Notes: a model not told the origin generated them from the letters alone. A DNA stretch of 64,000 bases from Spirochaetia bacterium (GCA_965198005.1 CBDAOI010000004.1:1088001-1152000), one strand, 5' to 3'. Positions 22,606 through 33,716 are shown, counted from the first letter of the stretch. Numbers and translations are program-made.

Positions 22606-25314
22606 ATGCAGACCACACCCGCAAGAACCGCGCGCCAGATCCGCCAGGAGTACCTCGACTACTTCGCGGAGCGCGACCATACCGTCGTCCCGAGCGCTCC
22701 GGTGGTCCCGGCCGACGATCCGACGCTGCTGTTCACCAACGCCGGCATGAACCAGTTCAAGGACGTGTTCCTGGCCACCGGCACGCGCACCTATCGGCGC
22801 GCGGTGAACTCGCAGAAGTGCATCCGGGTCAGCGGCAAGCACAACGACCTGGAGGAGGTGGGCCATGACACCTATCACCACACCTACTTCGAGATGCTGG
22901 GCAACTGGTCGTTCGGAGACTACTTCAAGCGTGAGGCGATCGCCTGGGCGTGGGATCTGCTCACCGGCCGCTGGGGGATTCCCAAGCAGCGGCTGTACGC
23001 CACGGTGTTCGCGGGCGACGCCGGCGACGGACTGCCGGCCGACGACGAGGCCGAGCAGTTGTGGCGCTCGGAAACCGACATCGATCCCGCCCACGTGCTC
23101 CGCTTCGGCAAGAAGGACAACTTCTGGGAGATGGCGGACACCGGACCGTGCGGCCCCAACTCCGAGATCCACGTCGACCTGACGCCGGATCGCTCGGGCG
23201 GCGCCCTGGTCAACGCCGGCGACCCGCGCGTCATGGAGCTCTGGAACCTGGTGTTCATCCAGTTCAACCGCACCGGCGCCGGCGCCCTGGAATCCCTGCC
23301 CGCCAAGCACGTCGATACCGGGATGGGGTTCGAGCGGATGGTGGCGGTGCTGCAGGGCACCGACAACTACGGCACCGACGTGTTCGCCCCGCTGCTGGAG
23401 CGGATCGGGGAACTGGCGGGGGTGAGCTACGCAACGGCCACCGAGCAGCAGCAGGTGGCATTCCGGGTGCTGGCGGACCACGTGCGGATGTTGAGCTTCT
23501 CGATCGCCGACGGCGCGCTGCCGTCGAACGAGGGCCGCGGCTACGTGCTGCGCCGCCTGCTGCGGCGCGCGGCCCGCTACGGTAGACGGCTGGAGTTGCG
23601 CGAACCGTTCATCCACCGGCTGGTGGAGACGGTCGCGCAGATGCACGCGCAGGAGTTCCCCGAAGTGGCCGCGCGCGCCGCCTACGTCGGCGAGGTGATC
23701 AAGGCGGAGGAGGGGAGCTTCAACCGCACCCTGGGCCGCGGCCTGGAGATCTTCGCCGGCATCGTGCGCGCGGTGGCCGCGGCCGGCGCGTCGGCGGTGC
23801 CGGGCGCCGAGGCGTTCCGGCTGTACGACACCTACGGCTTTCCCCTGGACCTGACGCGGGTGATGGCGCAGGAACGGGGTCTGACCGTGGATGAACCGGG
23901 CTTCGAGGCCGCCATGGCGGCGCAGCGGGAGCGCGCCCGGCGCGCGGGCAAGTTCGCCGCCGGCCGGTTGGAGCACGCCGACTGGGTTACGGTGACCCCG
24001 CGGCGCGGGCCGCCACGGTTCGTGGGCTACGAACGGCTCGAGGTGGAGACCGCCATCCACCGGGTGGCGCAAGAGGCGACCGCGGACGGCACCGTCTATC
24101 ACGTGGTGCTGGCCGAGACGCCGTTTTACGCCGAGAGCGGCGGTCAGGTCGGGGACCGCGGCTCGATCGCCGGCGACGGGCTGGAGCTGCAGGTGGAGGA
24201 CGCCCAGCGCGACGGCGACTTCTCCATCTGCCGGTGCCGCGCACGCGCGGCGGCGGACGGCGCCGGCCGCGAAGGTGGTGGCCGCGCGCCGAGGTTCACC
24301 GGCGGTCCGGTGACCGCGCGCGTGGACCGCGCCCGCCGCCGCCCCACCACCGCCAATCACACTGCCACCCACCTGCTGCATGCCGCCCTGCGCCGGGTGC
24401 TGGGGGACCACGTGCACCAGGCGGGGTCGCTGGTGGCCCCCGAGCACCTGCGGTTCGACTTCACCCACTTCAAGCGGGTGGAGGCGGAGGAGCTGGCCGA
24501 GATCGAGCGCATCGTCAACGCCACGGTCCGCGACGACCACGCCGTGGAGTACTTCACCACCGCCTTCGACCACGCCCGCGGTTTGGGCGCGATGGCGCTG
24601 TTCGGGGAGAAGTACGGCGAGCAGGTGCGCGTGGTGCGGGTGGGCGATGCGGCGCAGCACGTCAGCCTGGAGCTGTGCGGCGGTTGCCACGTGGCCCGCA
24701 CCGGTGAGATCGGCCCGTTCCTGGTCACCTCGGAGGGCAGCATCGCCAGCGGCGTGCGGCGGATCGAGGCGGTCACCGCGGCTGCGGCGGTGGGCGTGAT
24801 GCAGACCCAGCGGGGGGTGCTGCAGGCAGTGACCGGCCTGATCGGCGGCGCTCCGGCGGAGCTGCAACACCGTGCCGGGGAGCTGGTGCGCCACGCGCGC
24901 CAACTCGAGAAACGGATCAAGGCGCTCGAGGCGGAGCGCACCGCGCACCAGGCCGCGGTGCTGGCCGCGCAGGCGGAGACGGTGGGCGACCTACGGCTGA
25001 TCGTGCACGCCTTCGAGCAGGAACAGCCGGCCGCGCTCAAGACGCTGGCGGAGAAGCTGCGCCTGGCCGCGCCGCGCACGGTGGCGTTCCTGGCGACGAC
25101 GCGCGGCGGAACGCTGGCACTTGCCTGTGCGGTGAGCGACGACCTGGCGGGCGCCGGAGTCTCCGCCGCGGAGCTGGTCAAGGCGGCGGCCGCGCGGGCG
25201 GGCGGCGGCGGCGGCGGACGGCCGACGCTGGCGACCGCCGGCGCCAGACGCGCCGACAACCTGGGCGCGGTGCTGGACGAGGTGCGGGCGCGGCTCGCCG
25301 GCCGTCCGGGCTGA
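22606..25314 (+). CDS. alaS: Alanine--tRNA ligase
   Basis: DPTLLFTNAGMNQFK, HHTYFEMLGNWSFGDYFK, DTGMGFER, NHTATHLL, ELCGGCH, GGGGG. Confidence 0.98.
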   Translation: MQTTPARTARQIRQEYLDYFAERDHTVVPSAPVVPADDPTLLFTNAGMNQFKDVFLATGTRTYRRAVNSQKCIRVSGKHNDLEEVGHDTYHHTYFEMLGNWSFGDYFKREAIAWAWDLLTGRWGIPKQRLYATVFAGDAGDGLPADDEAEQLWRSETDIDPAHVLRFGKKDNFWEMADTGPCGPNSEIHVDLTPDRSGGALVNAGDPRVMELWNLVFIQFNRTGAGALESLPAKHVDTGMGFERMVAVLQGTDNYGTDVFAPLLERIGELAGVSYATATEQQQVAFRVLADHVRMLSFSIADGALPSNEGRGYVLRRLLRRAARYGRRLELREPFIHRLVETVAQMHAQEFPEVAARAAYVGEVIKAEEGSFNRTLGRGLEIFAGIVRAVAAAGASAVPGAEAFRLYDTYGFPLDLTRVMAQERGLTVDEPGFEAAMAAQRERARRAGKFAAGRLEHADWVTVTPRRGPPRFVGYERLEVETAIHRVAQEATADGTVYHVVLAETPFYAESGGQVGDRGSIAGDGLELQVEDAQRDGDFSICRCRARAAADGAGREGGGRAPRFTGGPVTARVDRARRRPTTANHTATHLLHAALRRVLGDHVHQAGSLVAPEHLRFDFTHFKRVEAEELAEIERIVNATVRDDHAVEYFTTAFDHARGLGAMALFGEKYGEQVRVVRVGDAAQHVSLELCGGCHVARTGEIGPFLVTSEGSIASGVRRIEAVTAAAAVGVMQTQRGVLQAVTGLIGGAPAELQHRAGELVRHARQLEKRIKALEAERTAHQAAVLAAQAETVGDLRLIVHAFEQEQPAALKTLAEKLRLAAPRTVAFLATTRGGTLALACAVSDDLAGAGVSAAELVKAAAARAGGGGGGRPTLATAGARRADNLGAVLDEVRARLAGRPG

Positions 25315-25412
25315 GTCGGTACGGCCATTCAAGTCAAGTTTGCAAGTTTGCAGCGAACACTTGGCGCGCGGGCGTCAATGGTGCACATTAGTCGGGTCAG
25401 GAGGGTCCATCC

Positions 25413-25655
25413 ATGTCACGCGTCTGCAAACTGACCGGCAAACGGCCGATGGCCGGCAACAATGTGTCCAAGGCCCACAACAAGACCCGGCGGGTGCAGC
25501 GGCCCAATCTGCAACGCAAGCGGATCTACCTGCCCGAGGAGGGCCGCACGGTGCGCGTGCGCCTGTCCACCCGTGCCCTGCGCACCGTCGACAAGAAGGG
25601 GCTGATGCAATTCCTGCGCGACGAGGGGTTGCGGCTCAGCGACGTCATCGTCTGA
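25413..25655 (+). CDS. rpmB: 50S ribosomal protein L28
   Basis: MSRVCKLTGKRPMAGNNVSKAHNKTRR..PNLQ. Confidence 0.96.
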   Translation: MSRVCKLTGKRPMAGNNVSKAHNKTRRVQRPNLQRKRIYLPEEGRTVRVRLSTRALRTVDKKGLMQFLRDEGLRLSDVIV

Positions 25656-25677
25656 CCCGCTGGCGCGCCATCCGCAC

Positions 25678-26244
25678 ATGACCCGGATTGGGATCATCAA
25701 CGTTTCGGATCGCGCCGCGGCGGGGATCTACGAGGACCTGCCCGGCAAGGCGATCGTCGCCGCGCTCGGTGAATACCTGGTGTCGGACTGGACCCGGGAG
25801 TACCGCGTCGTCCCTGACGAGCGCGACCGGATCGCGGCCACCATGATCGAGCTGGCCGACACCCGCGGCTGCTGTCTGATCGTCACCTCCGGCGGCACCG
25901 GTCCGGCCGTGCGCGACGTCACCCCGGAGGCGACCGCGGACGCATGCGAGAAGATGCTGCCGGGGTTCGGCGAGTTGATGCGCCAGGTGAGTCTGCAGTA
26001 CGTCTCCACCGCGATTCTCTCGCGCCAGACCGCCGGGGTGCGCGGCGGAACGCTGATCATCAACCTGCCCGGTCGGCCGCGCGCCATCCGCCAGTGCCTG
26101 GACGCGGTGTTTCCGGCGGTCCCCTACTGCATCGATCTCCTCGGCGGGCCGCGTCTGGAGGTAGACCCGGCCGTGGTCAAGGCGTTCCGTCCCGGCGAGC
26201 AGCCGCGGTCGTCCACCGCGCCGCCGGCCGCGCCGTCGGCCTGA
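25678..26244 (+). CDS. mog: Molybdopterin adenylyltransferase
   Basis: VSDRA..G.YED, TSGGTGPA.RDVTPEAT, PGFGELMR, AILSRQTAG, INLPG. Confidence 0.93.
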   Translation: MTRIGIINVSDRAAAGIYEDLPGKAIVAALGEYLVSDWTREYRVVPDERDRIAATMIELADTRGCCLIVTSGGTGPAVRDVTPEATADACEKMLPGFGELMRQVSLQYVSTAILSRQTAGVRGGTLIINLPGRPRAIRQCLDAVFPAVPYCIDLLGGPRLEVDPAVVKAFRPGEQPRSSTAPPAAPSA

Positions 26245-26268
26245 GCGCGGGGCGCGCACGACCGGCGC

Positions 26269-27099
26269 ATGACCATCGCCACCTGGAACGTCAACGGCAT
26301 GCAGGCGCGCGCCGGCTACGTCTGTCACTGGCTGCGGGCGCGCACGCCGGACGTCGTGCTGCTGCAGGAGCTCAAGCTGACCGATGACCGCTTCCCCTAC
26401 GAGGAGCTGCGTGCGGCCGGCTACGAGGCCGTGGCGCACGGCCAGAAGGGCTGGAACGGGGTGGCGATACTGACCCGTGGCGCGACCGTGGCAGCGCCCC
26501 GCGTCGTGGTGCGCGGGCTGCCGGGGCTGGCGGAGCAGGGGGCCCGGCTGCTCTGCGCGCTGGTGGAATTCGACGGCGGGGACGCGTTGCGCTGCTGCTC
26601 GGTGTACGTACCCAACGGACGCGCGGTCGATGACCCCGAGTTCGCGCGCAAGCTCGCGTTCCTGGACGGCCTGATCGACTACGCCGAGCGCGAGTTGGCG
26701 CACGGGTCCGCCCCACCGCTGGTCATCGGCGGCGACTTCAACCTCTGTCCGGGGGCGCTGGACACCTGGGACGAGGCCGCCTTGGCGGGCCGGATGTTCC
26801 ACACCGAGGCGGAACGGTCCCGCTTCCGGAAACTGGCTGAGCTGGGGCTGGTGGACCTGTTCCGGGAGCGGCATCCCGATCTGAAGCAGTTCTCGTGGTG
26901 GGATTATCGCGCCGGCCACTTCCACCAGAACCGCGGCCTGCGCATCGACCTGCTGCTGGCACCGCCGGCGGTGGGCGCGCGTACCGCCGAGGTGCGGATC
27001 GATCGCGACTACCGCAAGAAGAAGGAGGGCATGATCGCCAGCGATCACGCTCCAGTGATCGCCGAGATGCATCCGGTGCGAGACGGCCGCGGTGGCTGA
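26269..27099 (+). CDS. xth: Exodeoxyribonuclease III
   Basis: ATWNVN, LQELK, NGVAIL, YVPNG, GDFN, GLRID, SDHAPV. Confidence 0.93.
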   Translation: MTIATWNVNGMQARAGYVCHWLRARTPDVVLLQELKLTDDRFPYEELRAAGYEAVAHGQKGWNGVAILTRGATVAAPRVVVRGLPGLAEQGARLLCALVEFDGGDALRCCSVYVPNGRAVDDPEFARKLAFLDGLIDYAERELAHGSAPPLVIGGDFNLCPGALDTWDEAALAGRMFHTEAERSRFRKLAELGLVDLFRERHPDLKQFSWWDYRAGHFHQNRGLRIDLLLAPPAVGARTAEVRIDRDYRKKKEGMIASDHAPVIAEMHPVRDGRGG

Positions 27100-27168
27100 C
27101 GGGCGCGCATCCGGCGCCGCCGTCACCCGCTTGCCAGAACCGCGCCGCCGGTCCACCCTGTGCGGGCT

Positions 27169-27810
27169 ATGGCTGAGACGATCTCTGCCGAGGTGCGCGC
27201 GTATCTGGATCGGCTGGTGCCGCCCCGGCATCCCGAGCTGGTCGCCATGGAGGAGTGGGCGCAGGAGCACCGGTTCCCGATCATCGGCCCCGCCTCTGGC
27301 AACCTGTGCTATCTGGTTGCACGGCTGATCGGCGCGCGACGGGTGTTCGAGCTGGGCTCGGGCTACGGGTACTCCACCGCGTGGTTCGCGCGGGCGGTGC
27401 AGGAAAACGGCGGCGGCGTGGTCCATCACGTGGTGTGGGACGAGGAGTTGTCGCGCCGGGCGCGCGCCCATCTGGCGGCGTTGGGATACGCCGGCACGGT
27501 GCGCTACCACGTGGGCGAGGCGGTGCAGGCGCTTACCGGCGAGCGCGACGCCAGCTTCGACCTCATCTTCAACGACGTCGACAAGGACGGGTACCCGGCT
27601 TCGCTGCCGGTGATCGCCGCCAAGCTGCGCTCGGGCGGCGTGTTGATCATCGACAACATGCTGATTCAGGGGCGGCTGTTCGACCCGGAGGAGCACGCCG
27701 CCGACGTCGAGGGCGTGCGCGAGTTCACGCGGATGATCACCGCCGACGACGGCTGGATCACCTCCCTGGTGCCGATCCGCGACGGGCTGATCGTCGCCCG
27801 GCGGCGCTGA
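27169..27810 (+). CDS. SAM-dependent O-methyltransferase
   Basis: FELGSGYGYST, FDLIFNDVDK..Y, GGVLIIDN, PIRDGL. Confidence 0.9.
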   Translation: MAETISAEVRAYLDRLVPPRHPELVAMEEWAQEHRFPIIGPASGNLCYLVARLIGARRVFELGSGYGYSTAWFARAVQENGGGVVHHVVWDEELSRRARAHLAALGYAGTVRYHVGEAVQALTGERDASFDLIFNDVDKDGYPASLPVIAAKLRSGGVLIIDNMLIQGRLFDPEEHAADVEGVREFTRMITADDGWITSLVPIRDGLIVARRR

Positions 27811-27917
27811 CCGGTGGCCCGACACTCGGCGCCGCCGGTACCCGGTGCGGCCGCACCGCGACTTGCGCACGCGGATCGGGCATGGCATAACACTGTACCC
27901 ATGCCGTTTACGGATCG

Positions 27918-28820
27918 TTGCCCCCAGTGAAGCTGTACCTCGTCGACGGCACCTACGAGCTGTTCCGCGCGTACTACGCCGACCTCAGGAACCGCCGCAA
28001 CAATGGCGCCGCGCCGTCGCCGACCGGTGCCGTGCGCGGACTGGTGCAGTCGCTGCTGGCACTGCTGCGGCGGGACCAGGTCGACTACGTGGCGGTGGCG
28101 TTCGATCGCGTCATCGAGTCGTTTCGCAATGACCTGTTTGGCGGCTACAAGTCGAGCGCCGGCGTTCCGGAGGACCTGCTCGCGCAGTTCGCGCAGGCCG
28201 AGGAGGCGGTGGACGCACTCGGCATCGTGATCTGGTCGATGATCGAGTTCGAGGCCGACGATGCGCTGGCCACCGCCGCCGCCCGCTGGCGCGACCATCC
28301 CGAGGTGGAGCAGATCGTGATCTGTTCACCGGACAAGGACCTGATGCAGCTCGTCGAAGGCACCCACGTGGTCACCCGCACCCGGCGGCGCGATGAAACC
28401 CTGGACGAGGAGGGGGTGCGGCGCAAGTTCGGGGTCGCGCCGGCGTCGATTCCCGACTACCTCGCGTTGGTGGGCGACAGCGCGGACGGCATCCCCGGGG
28501 TGGCGCGCTGGGGCGCCAAGTCGGCCGCCACGGTATTGTCCCATTATCAGCGGATCGACAAGATTCCGGCGGACGCCGAGTCGTGGGGGGTTGCTGCGCG
28601 CGGCAAGCACGGCCTGGCCGCCAGCCTCAGGGCCGCGGTCGAGGACGTGCGGCTCTACTCGCTGCTCACGACCCTGCGGCGCGACGTGCCGCTCGCCGAG
28701 GAGTTGACCGACCTGGCGTGGGACGGCGTGCCGCGGGCGGGGTTCCTGGCGCTGTGCGACCGCCTCGGCTTCCCGGAGTTGGGGGGCCGCCCTCATCGCT
28801 GGCGTGCCCGACGTCAATGA
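27918..28820 (+). CDS. Stand-alone 5'-3' exonuclease / flap endonuclease
   Basis: LVDGT.ELFRA, FEADDALA, SPDKDL, DYLALVGDSADGIPGV..WGAKSA; no polymerase domain. Confidence 0.9.
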   Translation: MPPVKLYLVDGTYELFRAYYADLRNRRNNGAAPSPTGAVRGLVQSLLALLRRDQVDYVAVAFDRVIESFRNDLFGGYKSSAGVPEDLLAQFAQAEEAVDALGIVIWSMIEFEADDALATAAARWRDHPEVEQIVICSPDKDLMQLVEGTHVVTRTRRRDETLDEEGVRRKFGVAPASIPDYLALVGDSADGIPGVARWGAKSAATVLSHYQRIDKIPADAESWGVAARGKHGLAASLRAAVEDVRLYSLLTTLRRDVPLAEELTDLAWDGVPRAGFLALCDRLGFPELGGRPHRWRARRQ

Positions 28821-28915
28821 GGCCAAGACACGGTGTTTGCAAACCTGTCCGTACCGTGTAAGCTACCGGTAACCTCGGTGGGACACCGGGGACAATAACT
28901 GACAGGAGGGAGCTG

Positions 28916-29944
28916 ATGAGAATGACAGCTCGATTACGGGTAGCCCTGTTGGCTGCCGCGATCGCCCTCGTGGGCGTCGTCGCCGCGCAGGCGACCACGC
29001 TGGAGGACGTACTGGCCGCCGGCGAACTGAAGTGCGGGATCAACACGGGCTTGGCCGGCTTCGCGTTCACCGACGACATGGGTCGTTGGACCGGGTTCGA
29101 CGTGGCCTATTGCCGCGCGCTGGCCGCTGCCGTGCTGGGAGACGCGAACAAGATTTCGTTCGTCAACCTGACCGGCGCGAACCGCTTTCCGGCACTGCAG
29201 GCCGGCGAGATCGACGTGCTGTCGCGCAACACCACGTGGACGCTCTCGCGCGACGTCGACCTGGGCCTGACGTTCGTCGGCGTCAACTACTACGACGGTC
29301 AGGGCTTCATCGGCCGCACGGCGCTGGGCATCATGAGCGCCACGGAGTTGGACGGCGCTTCGGTGTGCATCCAGACCGGCACCACCACCGAGCTCAACTT
29401 GGCGGACTTCTTCCGCACCAACAACATGAGCTACGAGCCGGTGCCGATCGAGACCAATGCCGAGGCACGCGCTGCCTATGAGGCTGATCGCTGCGACGTG
29501 TACACCACGGACGCATCCGGCTTGGCAGCGACCAAGGCGACCTTCGACGATCCGGACGCGCACATGGTGTATCCGGAGATCGTCTCCAAGGAGCCGCTGG
29601 GGCCGCTCGTACGCCACGGTGACGACCAGTGGGCGGACATCGCACGCTGGGTGCTCAACGCGCTGATCATTGCCGAGGAGTTCGGCGTGAACCAGGGCAA
29701 CGTGGATGACATGGCCATGGGTACCGACCATCCGGAGATCAACCGTATGCTCGGCACCGAAGGCAGCTACGGCGAGATGCTCGGGCTTGACGCCAACTGG
29801 GCCGTGCGCGCGATTGCGGCGGAGGGCAACTACGCCGAGATCTTCGACCGCTACATCGGCCCGGACACTGCGCTGGGCCTGCAACGTGGGCTGAACGCGC
29901 TGTACAAGGATGGAGGTATCCTCTACGCGCCGCCGTTCCGGTAG
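28916..29944 (+). CDS. aapJ: General L-amino acid ABC transporter substrate-binding protein
   Basis: GFDV.YCRALAAA, LSRNTTWT..RD, YYDGQGF, SKEPLGPLVR, RGLNAL...GGILYAPPFR. Confidence 0.92.
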   Translation: MRMTARLRVALLAAAIALVGVVAAQATTLEDVLAAGELKCGINTGLAGFAFTDDMGRWTGFDVAYCRALAAAVLGDANKISFVNLTGANRFPALQAGEIDVLSRNTTWTLSRDVDLGLTFVGVNYYDGQGFIGRTALGIMSATELDGASVCIQTGTTTELNLADFFRTNNMSYEPVPIETNAEARAAYEADRCDVYTTDASGLAATKATFDDPDAHMVYPEIVSKEPLGPLVRHGDDQWADIARWVLNALIIAEEFGVNQGNVDDMAMGTDHPEINRMLGTEGSYGEMLGLDANWAVRAIAAEGNYAEIFDRYIGPDTALGLQRGLNALYKDGGILYAPPFR

Positions 29945-29970
29945 ACCGCCAAGCCGGTCCGCACCGTCTG

Positions 29971-30006
29971 GGCGCGGAGGACCGCTCACGAGCGGTCCTC
30001 CGCGCC
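29971..30006 (+). promoter_or_regulatory. Perfect 17-bp inverted repeat between aapJ and aapQ (mRNA-stabilising or attenuating hairpin)
   Basis: GGCGCGGAGGACCGCTC-AC-GAGCGGTCCTCCGCGCC. Confidence 0.7.
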
Positions 30007-31121
30007 GCCTCGTCCTGCAGCTCCTGCTGGTGCTGGGGGCGGCGCTGCTGATCGCGTTCATCGTCTCGAACACGATCGCCAACCTGCAGAGGTATGGGCT
30101 CTCGTCGGGTTACGGCTTCCTGTTCGATACGTCCGCGTTCGACATCAATCAGCGGCTGATCGACTACGATTCGACGCATACCTACGGGCGGGCGTTCATC
30201 GTCGGCGGCCTCAACACCATCCTGGTGGCTGCCCTGGGCATCGTCGCGGCTACCGTCATCGGCTTCCTGGCCGGGGTCCTGCGCCTGTCGAGCAATTTCC
30301 TGGTCAGTCGCATCGTCACCGTCTACGTCGAGTTCACGCGCAACGTGCCGTTGCTGCTGCAGATCATCTTCTGGTGGGTGATCCTGCTGGCGCTGCCGCG
30401 GGTGCGCGACGGCATCTCCCTCGCGGACACCGTCTACCTCAGCAACCGCGGCGTGCGGATGCCGGCGCCGGTGTTCGGCGAGGGCTCGATCGTGATCATG
30501 ATCGCGCTGGTCGTCGCCATCGCGGCGACCGTGATCATCGTTCGCTGGGCCAAGGCGCGCCAGGACGCGACCGGAGAGAAGTTCCCTGCCGGCTGGACCG
30601 GACTTGGGCTGATCATCGGGCTGCCGCTCGCGCTGTTCTTTGTCCTCGGCCGCCCCGTCACCTTCGACATCCCGGTGATGGGCAGGTTCAACCTGCAGGG
30701 CGGCCTCAACGTCACCCCGGAGCTGGTGGCCCTGTGGATCGCGTTGGCGACCTATACCGGCTCCTTCATCTCCGAGATCGTGCGCGCCGGCATCGGATCG
30801 GTCAGCAAGGGACAGACCGAGGCGTCCGGCGCGCTCGGCCTGCCGCCCTTGCTCACCCTGCGCAAGATCATCCTGCCGCAGGCGTTGCGCGCCATCGTGC
30901 CGCCGCTGACCAGCCAGTACCTGAACCTGACCAAGAACTCCTCGCTGGCGGTGGCCATCGGCTACCAGGATCTGGTCTCGATCGGAAACACCGTCCTGAA
31001 CCAGAGCGGCCAGGCGCTGGAGGTGATCTCCATCTTCATGATCAGCTACCTGTTCCTGAGCCTGCTCACCTCCGCGTTCATGAACTGGTACAACCGTCGC
31101 ATCGCGCTGGTAGAACGGTGA
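30006..31121 (+). CDS. aapQ: General L-amino acid ABC transporter permease (5' end and start unclear)
   Basis: YVEFTRNVPLLLQI, EIVRAGI.SVSKGQTEA, PPLTSQYLNLTKNSSLAVAIGY. Confidence 0.88.
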   Translation, partial: RLVLQLLLVLGAALLIAFIVSNTIANLQRYGLSSGYGFLFDTSAFDINQRLIDYDSTHTYGRAFIVGGLNTILVAALGIVAATVIGFLAGVLRLSSNFLVSRIVTVYVEFTRNVPLLLQIIFWWVILLALPRVRDGISLADTVYLSNRGVRMPAPVFGEGSIVIMIALVVAIAATVIIVRWAKARQDATGEKFPAGWTGLGLIIGLPLALFFVLGRPVTFDIPVMGRFNLQGGLNVTPELVALWIALATYTGSFISEIVRAGIGSVSKGQTEASGALGLPPLLTLRKIILPQALRAIVPPLTSQYLNLTKNSSLAVAIGYQDLVSIGNTVLNQSGQALEVISIFMISYLFLSLLTSAFMNWYNRRIALVER

Positions 31122-31134
31122 CACGTATAGAACG

Positions 31135-32352
31135 GTGAAAGCGTCCGGAACGATGACCCGGTTCGAAGCGAACAGACCCGAGGCGGTGGGACAGGCTCCC
31201 GCCAATCGCGCGTTCCACCGCAGCCGGGCGGAGATGCTGCCCGGCCGCCCGGCGCCGGTGACCACCATCGGGGTGATCGGCTGGATGCGCGCCAACCTGT
31301 TTTCGAGCTGGCTGAACACGGTGCTGACCGTGGCCGCGCTGCTGCTGCTGTGGCGCATCGTGCCGCCGATGCTCGGGTGGGCGCTGTTCCAAGCCGACTT
31401 CAGCGGCGCCACCGGTGAGGAGTGTACCGGAGAGGCCGCCTGCTGGGCTTGGCTCGACCAACGCATCACTCAGTTCCTCTACGGCTTCTACCCCGCGGAT
31501 TCATACTGGCGAGTCAACGTCGCCGTGATCCTGCTGATTCCGGCGGTGGCGTACGTGCTGTTCGACAAACTCCCCTACGCCCGTTACGGCCGTCGCTTCT
31601 CGATCGCCTACGTGCTGATCGCCGCCTTTCTGCTGGTCGGCGGGTTGCCGATATACGACGAACAGGGAGAGGTCGTCGGCAGCCTGTTTGGCATTCGCAG
31701 CATTTCCACCGACAAGTTCGGCGGCTTCATGCTCAACCTGGTGGCGGGACTTGCCGGCATCGTGTTGTCGCTGCCGATCGGGATCCTGCTCGCGCTCGGC
31801 CGGCGCTCGAGCCTGCCCGTGATCCGGCTGGCCTCCGTCGGCTTCATCGAGGTGGTGCGCGGGGTGCCGCTGATCACGCTGCTGTTCGTGGCGGTCATCA
31901 TCCTGGAGCTGTTCCTGCCGGCGGGCGTCTCGCTCGATCAGCTCATCCGCGTGATGGTGATGATCACCGCCTTCTCCTCGGCCTACATGGCAGAGGTGAT
32001 CCGCGGCGGTCTGCAGGCGATTCCGAACGGCCAGTACGAGGCGGCGCAGGCGGTCGGCCTGAGCTACTGGAAGATGATGCGCCTGGTGGTCCTCCCTCAG
32101 GCGCTCAAGATCGCGATTCCGGGGATCGTCAACACCTTCATCGGCCTGTTCAAGGACACCACGCTGGTGGTCACCATCGGGCTGTTCGACATTCTGGGCC
32201 AGGCGCGGCTGCTGCAGACCAACCCGGACTGGATCGGCAAGGTCGATCACGAGACCTTCCTGATCGCGGCGCTGTTCTTCTTCGTGATCTGCTTCTCCAT
32301 GTCGCGCTACTCGATCAACCTGGAGAGGCGCCTCGACACCACCCGTCAATAG
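31135..32352 (+). CDS. aapM: General L-amino acid ABC transporter permease
   Basis: [46 protein letters not shown]. Confidence 0.9.
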   Translation: MKASGTMTRFEANRPEAVGQAPANRAFHRSRAEMLPGRPAPVTTIGVIGWMRANLFSSWLNTVLTVAALLLLWRIVPPMLGWALFQADFSGATGEECTGEAACWAWLDQRITQFLYGFYPADSYWRVNVAVILLIPAVAYVLFDKLPYARYGRRFSIAYVLIAAFLLVGGLPIYDEQGEVVGSLFGIRSISTDKFGGFMLNLVAGLAGIVLSLPIGILLALGRRSSLPVIRLASVGFIEVVRGVPLITLLFVAVIILELFLPAGVSLDQLIRVMVMITAFSSAYMAEVIRGGLQAIPNGQYEAAQAVGLSYWKMMRLVVLPQALKIAIPGIVNTFIGLFKDTTLVVTIGLFDILGQARLLQTNPDWIGKVDHETFLIAALFFFVICFSMSRYSINLERRLDTTRQ

Positions 32353-32369
32353 GGACAAGGGAGCGAAGC

Positions 32370-33128
32370 ATGTCAGACACCGACCACCGGTCTGCCGACG
32401 AGCCGATCATCCGCATCACCGGCCTCAACAAGTGGTTCGGCGCACTGCACGTGCTGCGGGAGATCGACCTCACGGTGACGCGGCAGGAGCGCATCGTCAT
32501 CTGCGGCCCCTCGGGTTCCGGCAAGTCGACGCTGATTCGCTGCATCAACCGGCTGGAGGAGCACCAGCAGGGATCGATCGTGGTGGAGGGCACCGAGCTC
32601 ACGAACGACCTCAAGAACATCGACGCCATCCGCCGCGAGGTCGGCATGGTGTTCCAGCAGTTCAACCTGTTCCCGCATCTGACGGTGCTGCATAACTGCA
32701 CACTGGCGCCGATCTGGGTGCGGAAGGTCTCTCGAGAGGAAGCCGAAGGGGCGGCGATGGAGTTCCTGGAGCGGGTGAAGATACCGGAGCAGGCGCACAA
32801 GTACCCCGGCCAGCTCTCCGGCGGTCAGCAGCAACGCGTGGCGATCGCCCGCTCGCTGTGCATGCGCCCCAAGATCATGCTGTTCGACGAGCCCACCTCG
32901 GCGCTCGACCCCGAGATGATCAAGGAAGTGCTCGACGTGATGGTGGACGTCGCCGAGTCCGGCATGACCATGCTGGTGGTGACCCACGAGATGGGCTTCG
33001 CCTCCCAGGTCGCCGACCGCGTGATGCTGATGGACGAGGGCCAGATCGTCGAGCAGAACACCCCGGACCAGTTCTTCAACAACCCCCAGTCCGACCGCAC
33101 CAAGCTGTTCCTGAGCCAGATTCTGTAG
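32370..33128 (+). CDS. aapP: General L-amino acid ABC transporter ATP-binding protein
   Basis: [29 protein letters not shown]. Confidence 0.93.
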   Translation: MSDTDHRSADEPIIRITGLNKWFGALHVLREIDLTVTRQERIVICGPSGSGKSTLIRCINRLEEHQQGSIVVEGTELTNDLKNIDAIRREVGMVFQQFNLFPHLTVLHNCTLAPIWVRKVSREEAEGAAMEFLERVKIPEQAHKYPGQLSGGQQQRVAIARSLCMRPKIMLFDEPTSALDPEMIKEVLDVMVDVAESGMTMLVVTHEMGFASQVADRVMLMDEGQIVEQNTPDQFFNNPQSDRTKLFLSQIL

Positions 33129-33152
33129 CGTGGTGGGCGACGCGGAGCAGCC

Positions 33153-33632
33153 ATGGCCCTGATGACGAAAACCTGGACGGTGGCCGAGTACCACCGGCTG
33201 GTCGAGCCTCACGCATACGCCAGCGACGAGGCTGGGGAATACTTGGCGCGGCTGTTGGGTGAGCGCGCCAGGGTACGCCAGGCAAAGCCGATTACGCTCG
33301 CAGCAGTCGATTCCGAACCGGAGCCGGACTTGGCGATCGTACGGCGGTTGGGCCGCGAGTACCGCGACCATCACCCCTATCCGAACAACGTGCTGTGGCT
33401 CGTCGAGTACGCCAACACGAGCCTGAGCAAGGACCTCGACGCGAAGAAGCGGCTCTACGCCGCGGCCGGCATTCCGGAGTACTGGGTGGTGAACCTGCGG
33501 GACATGACGGTGCTGGTGTTCCGCGACCCGAGCGCAGAGACCTACGAGACCGAACAGACCCTGGAGAGCGGCGTCATTCATCCACTGGCGTTTCCGGACG
33601 TCGCCGTCTCCGTAAGCCGGCTGCTCTCTTGA
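33153..33632 (+). pseudogene. Uma2 (DUF820) family endonuclease, apparently with an internal deletion
   Basis: WTVAEYHRL, EPEPDLAIV, K..LYA.AGIPEYWVVNL; the usual ELI.G.I..M segment is missing after YHRLVE. Confidence 0.7.
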
Positions 33633-33666
33633 CGGTGCGTTCGAAGCGACGCTCGCCGGTCCGGTG

Positions 33667-33716
33667 CGGTTACCTGCGACTGCGCAGGCGTACCGCGGGA
33701 GTGGGCGAGGGGCCGG
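33667..33716 (+). repeat. Short copy of the recurrent hairpin element
   Basis: CGGTTACCTGCGACTGCGCAGGCGTACCGCGGGAGTGGGCGAGGGGCCGG, near-identical to 38222-38271 and 45011-45059. Confidence 0.85.
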
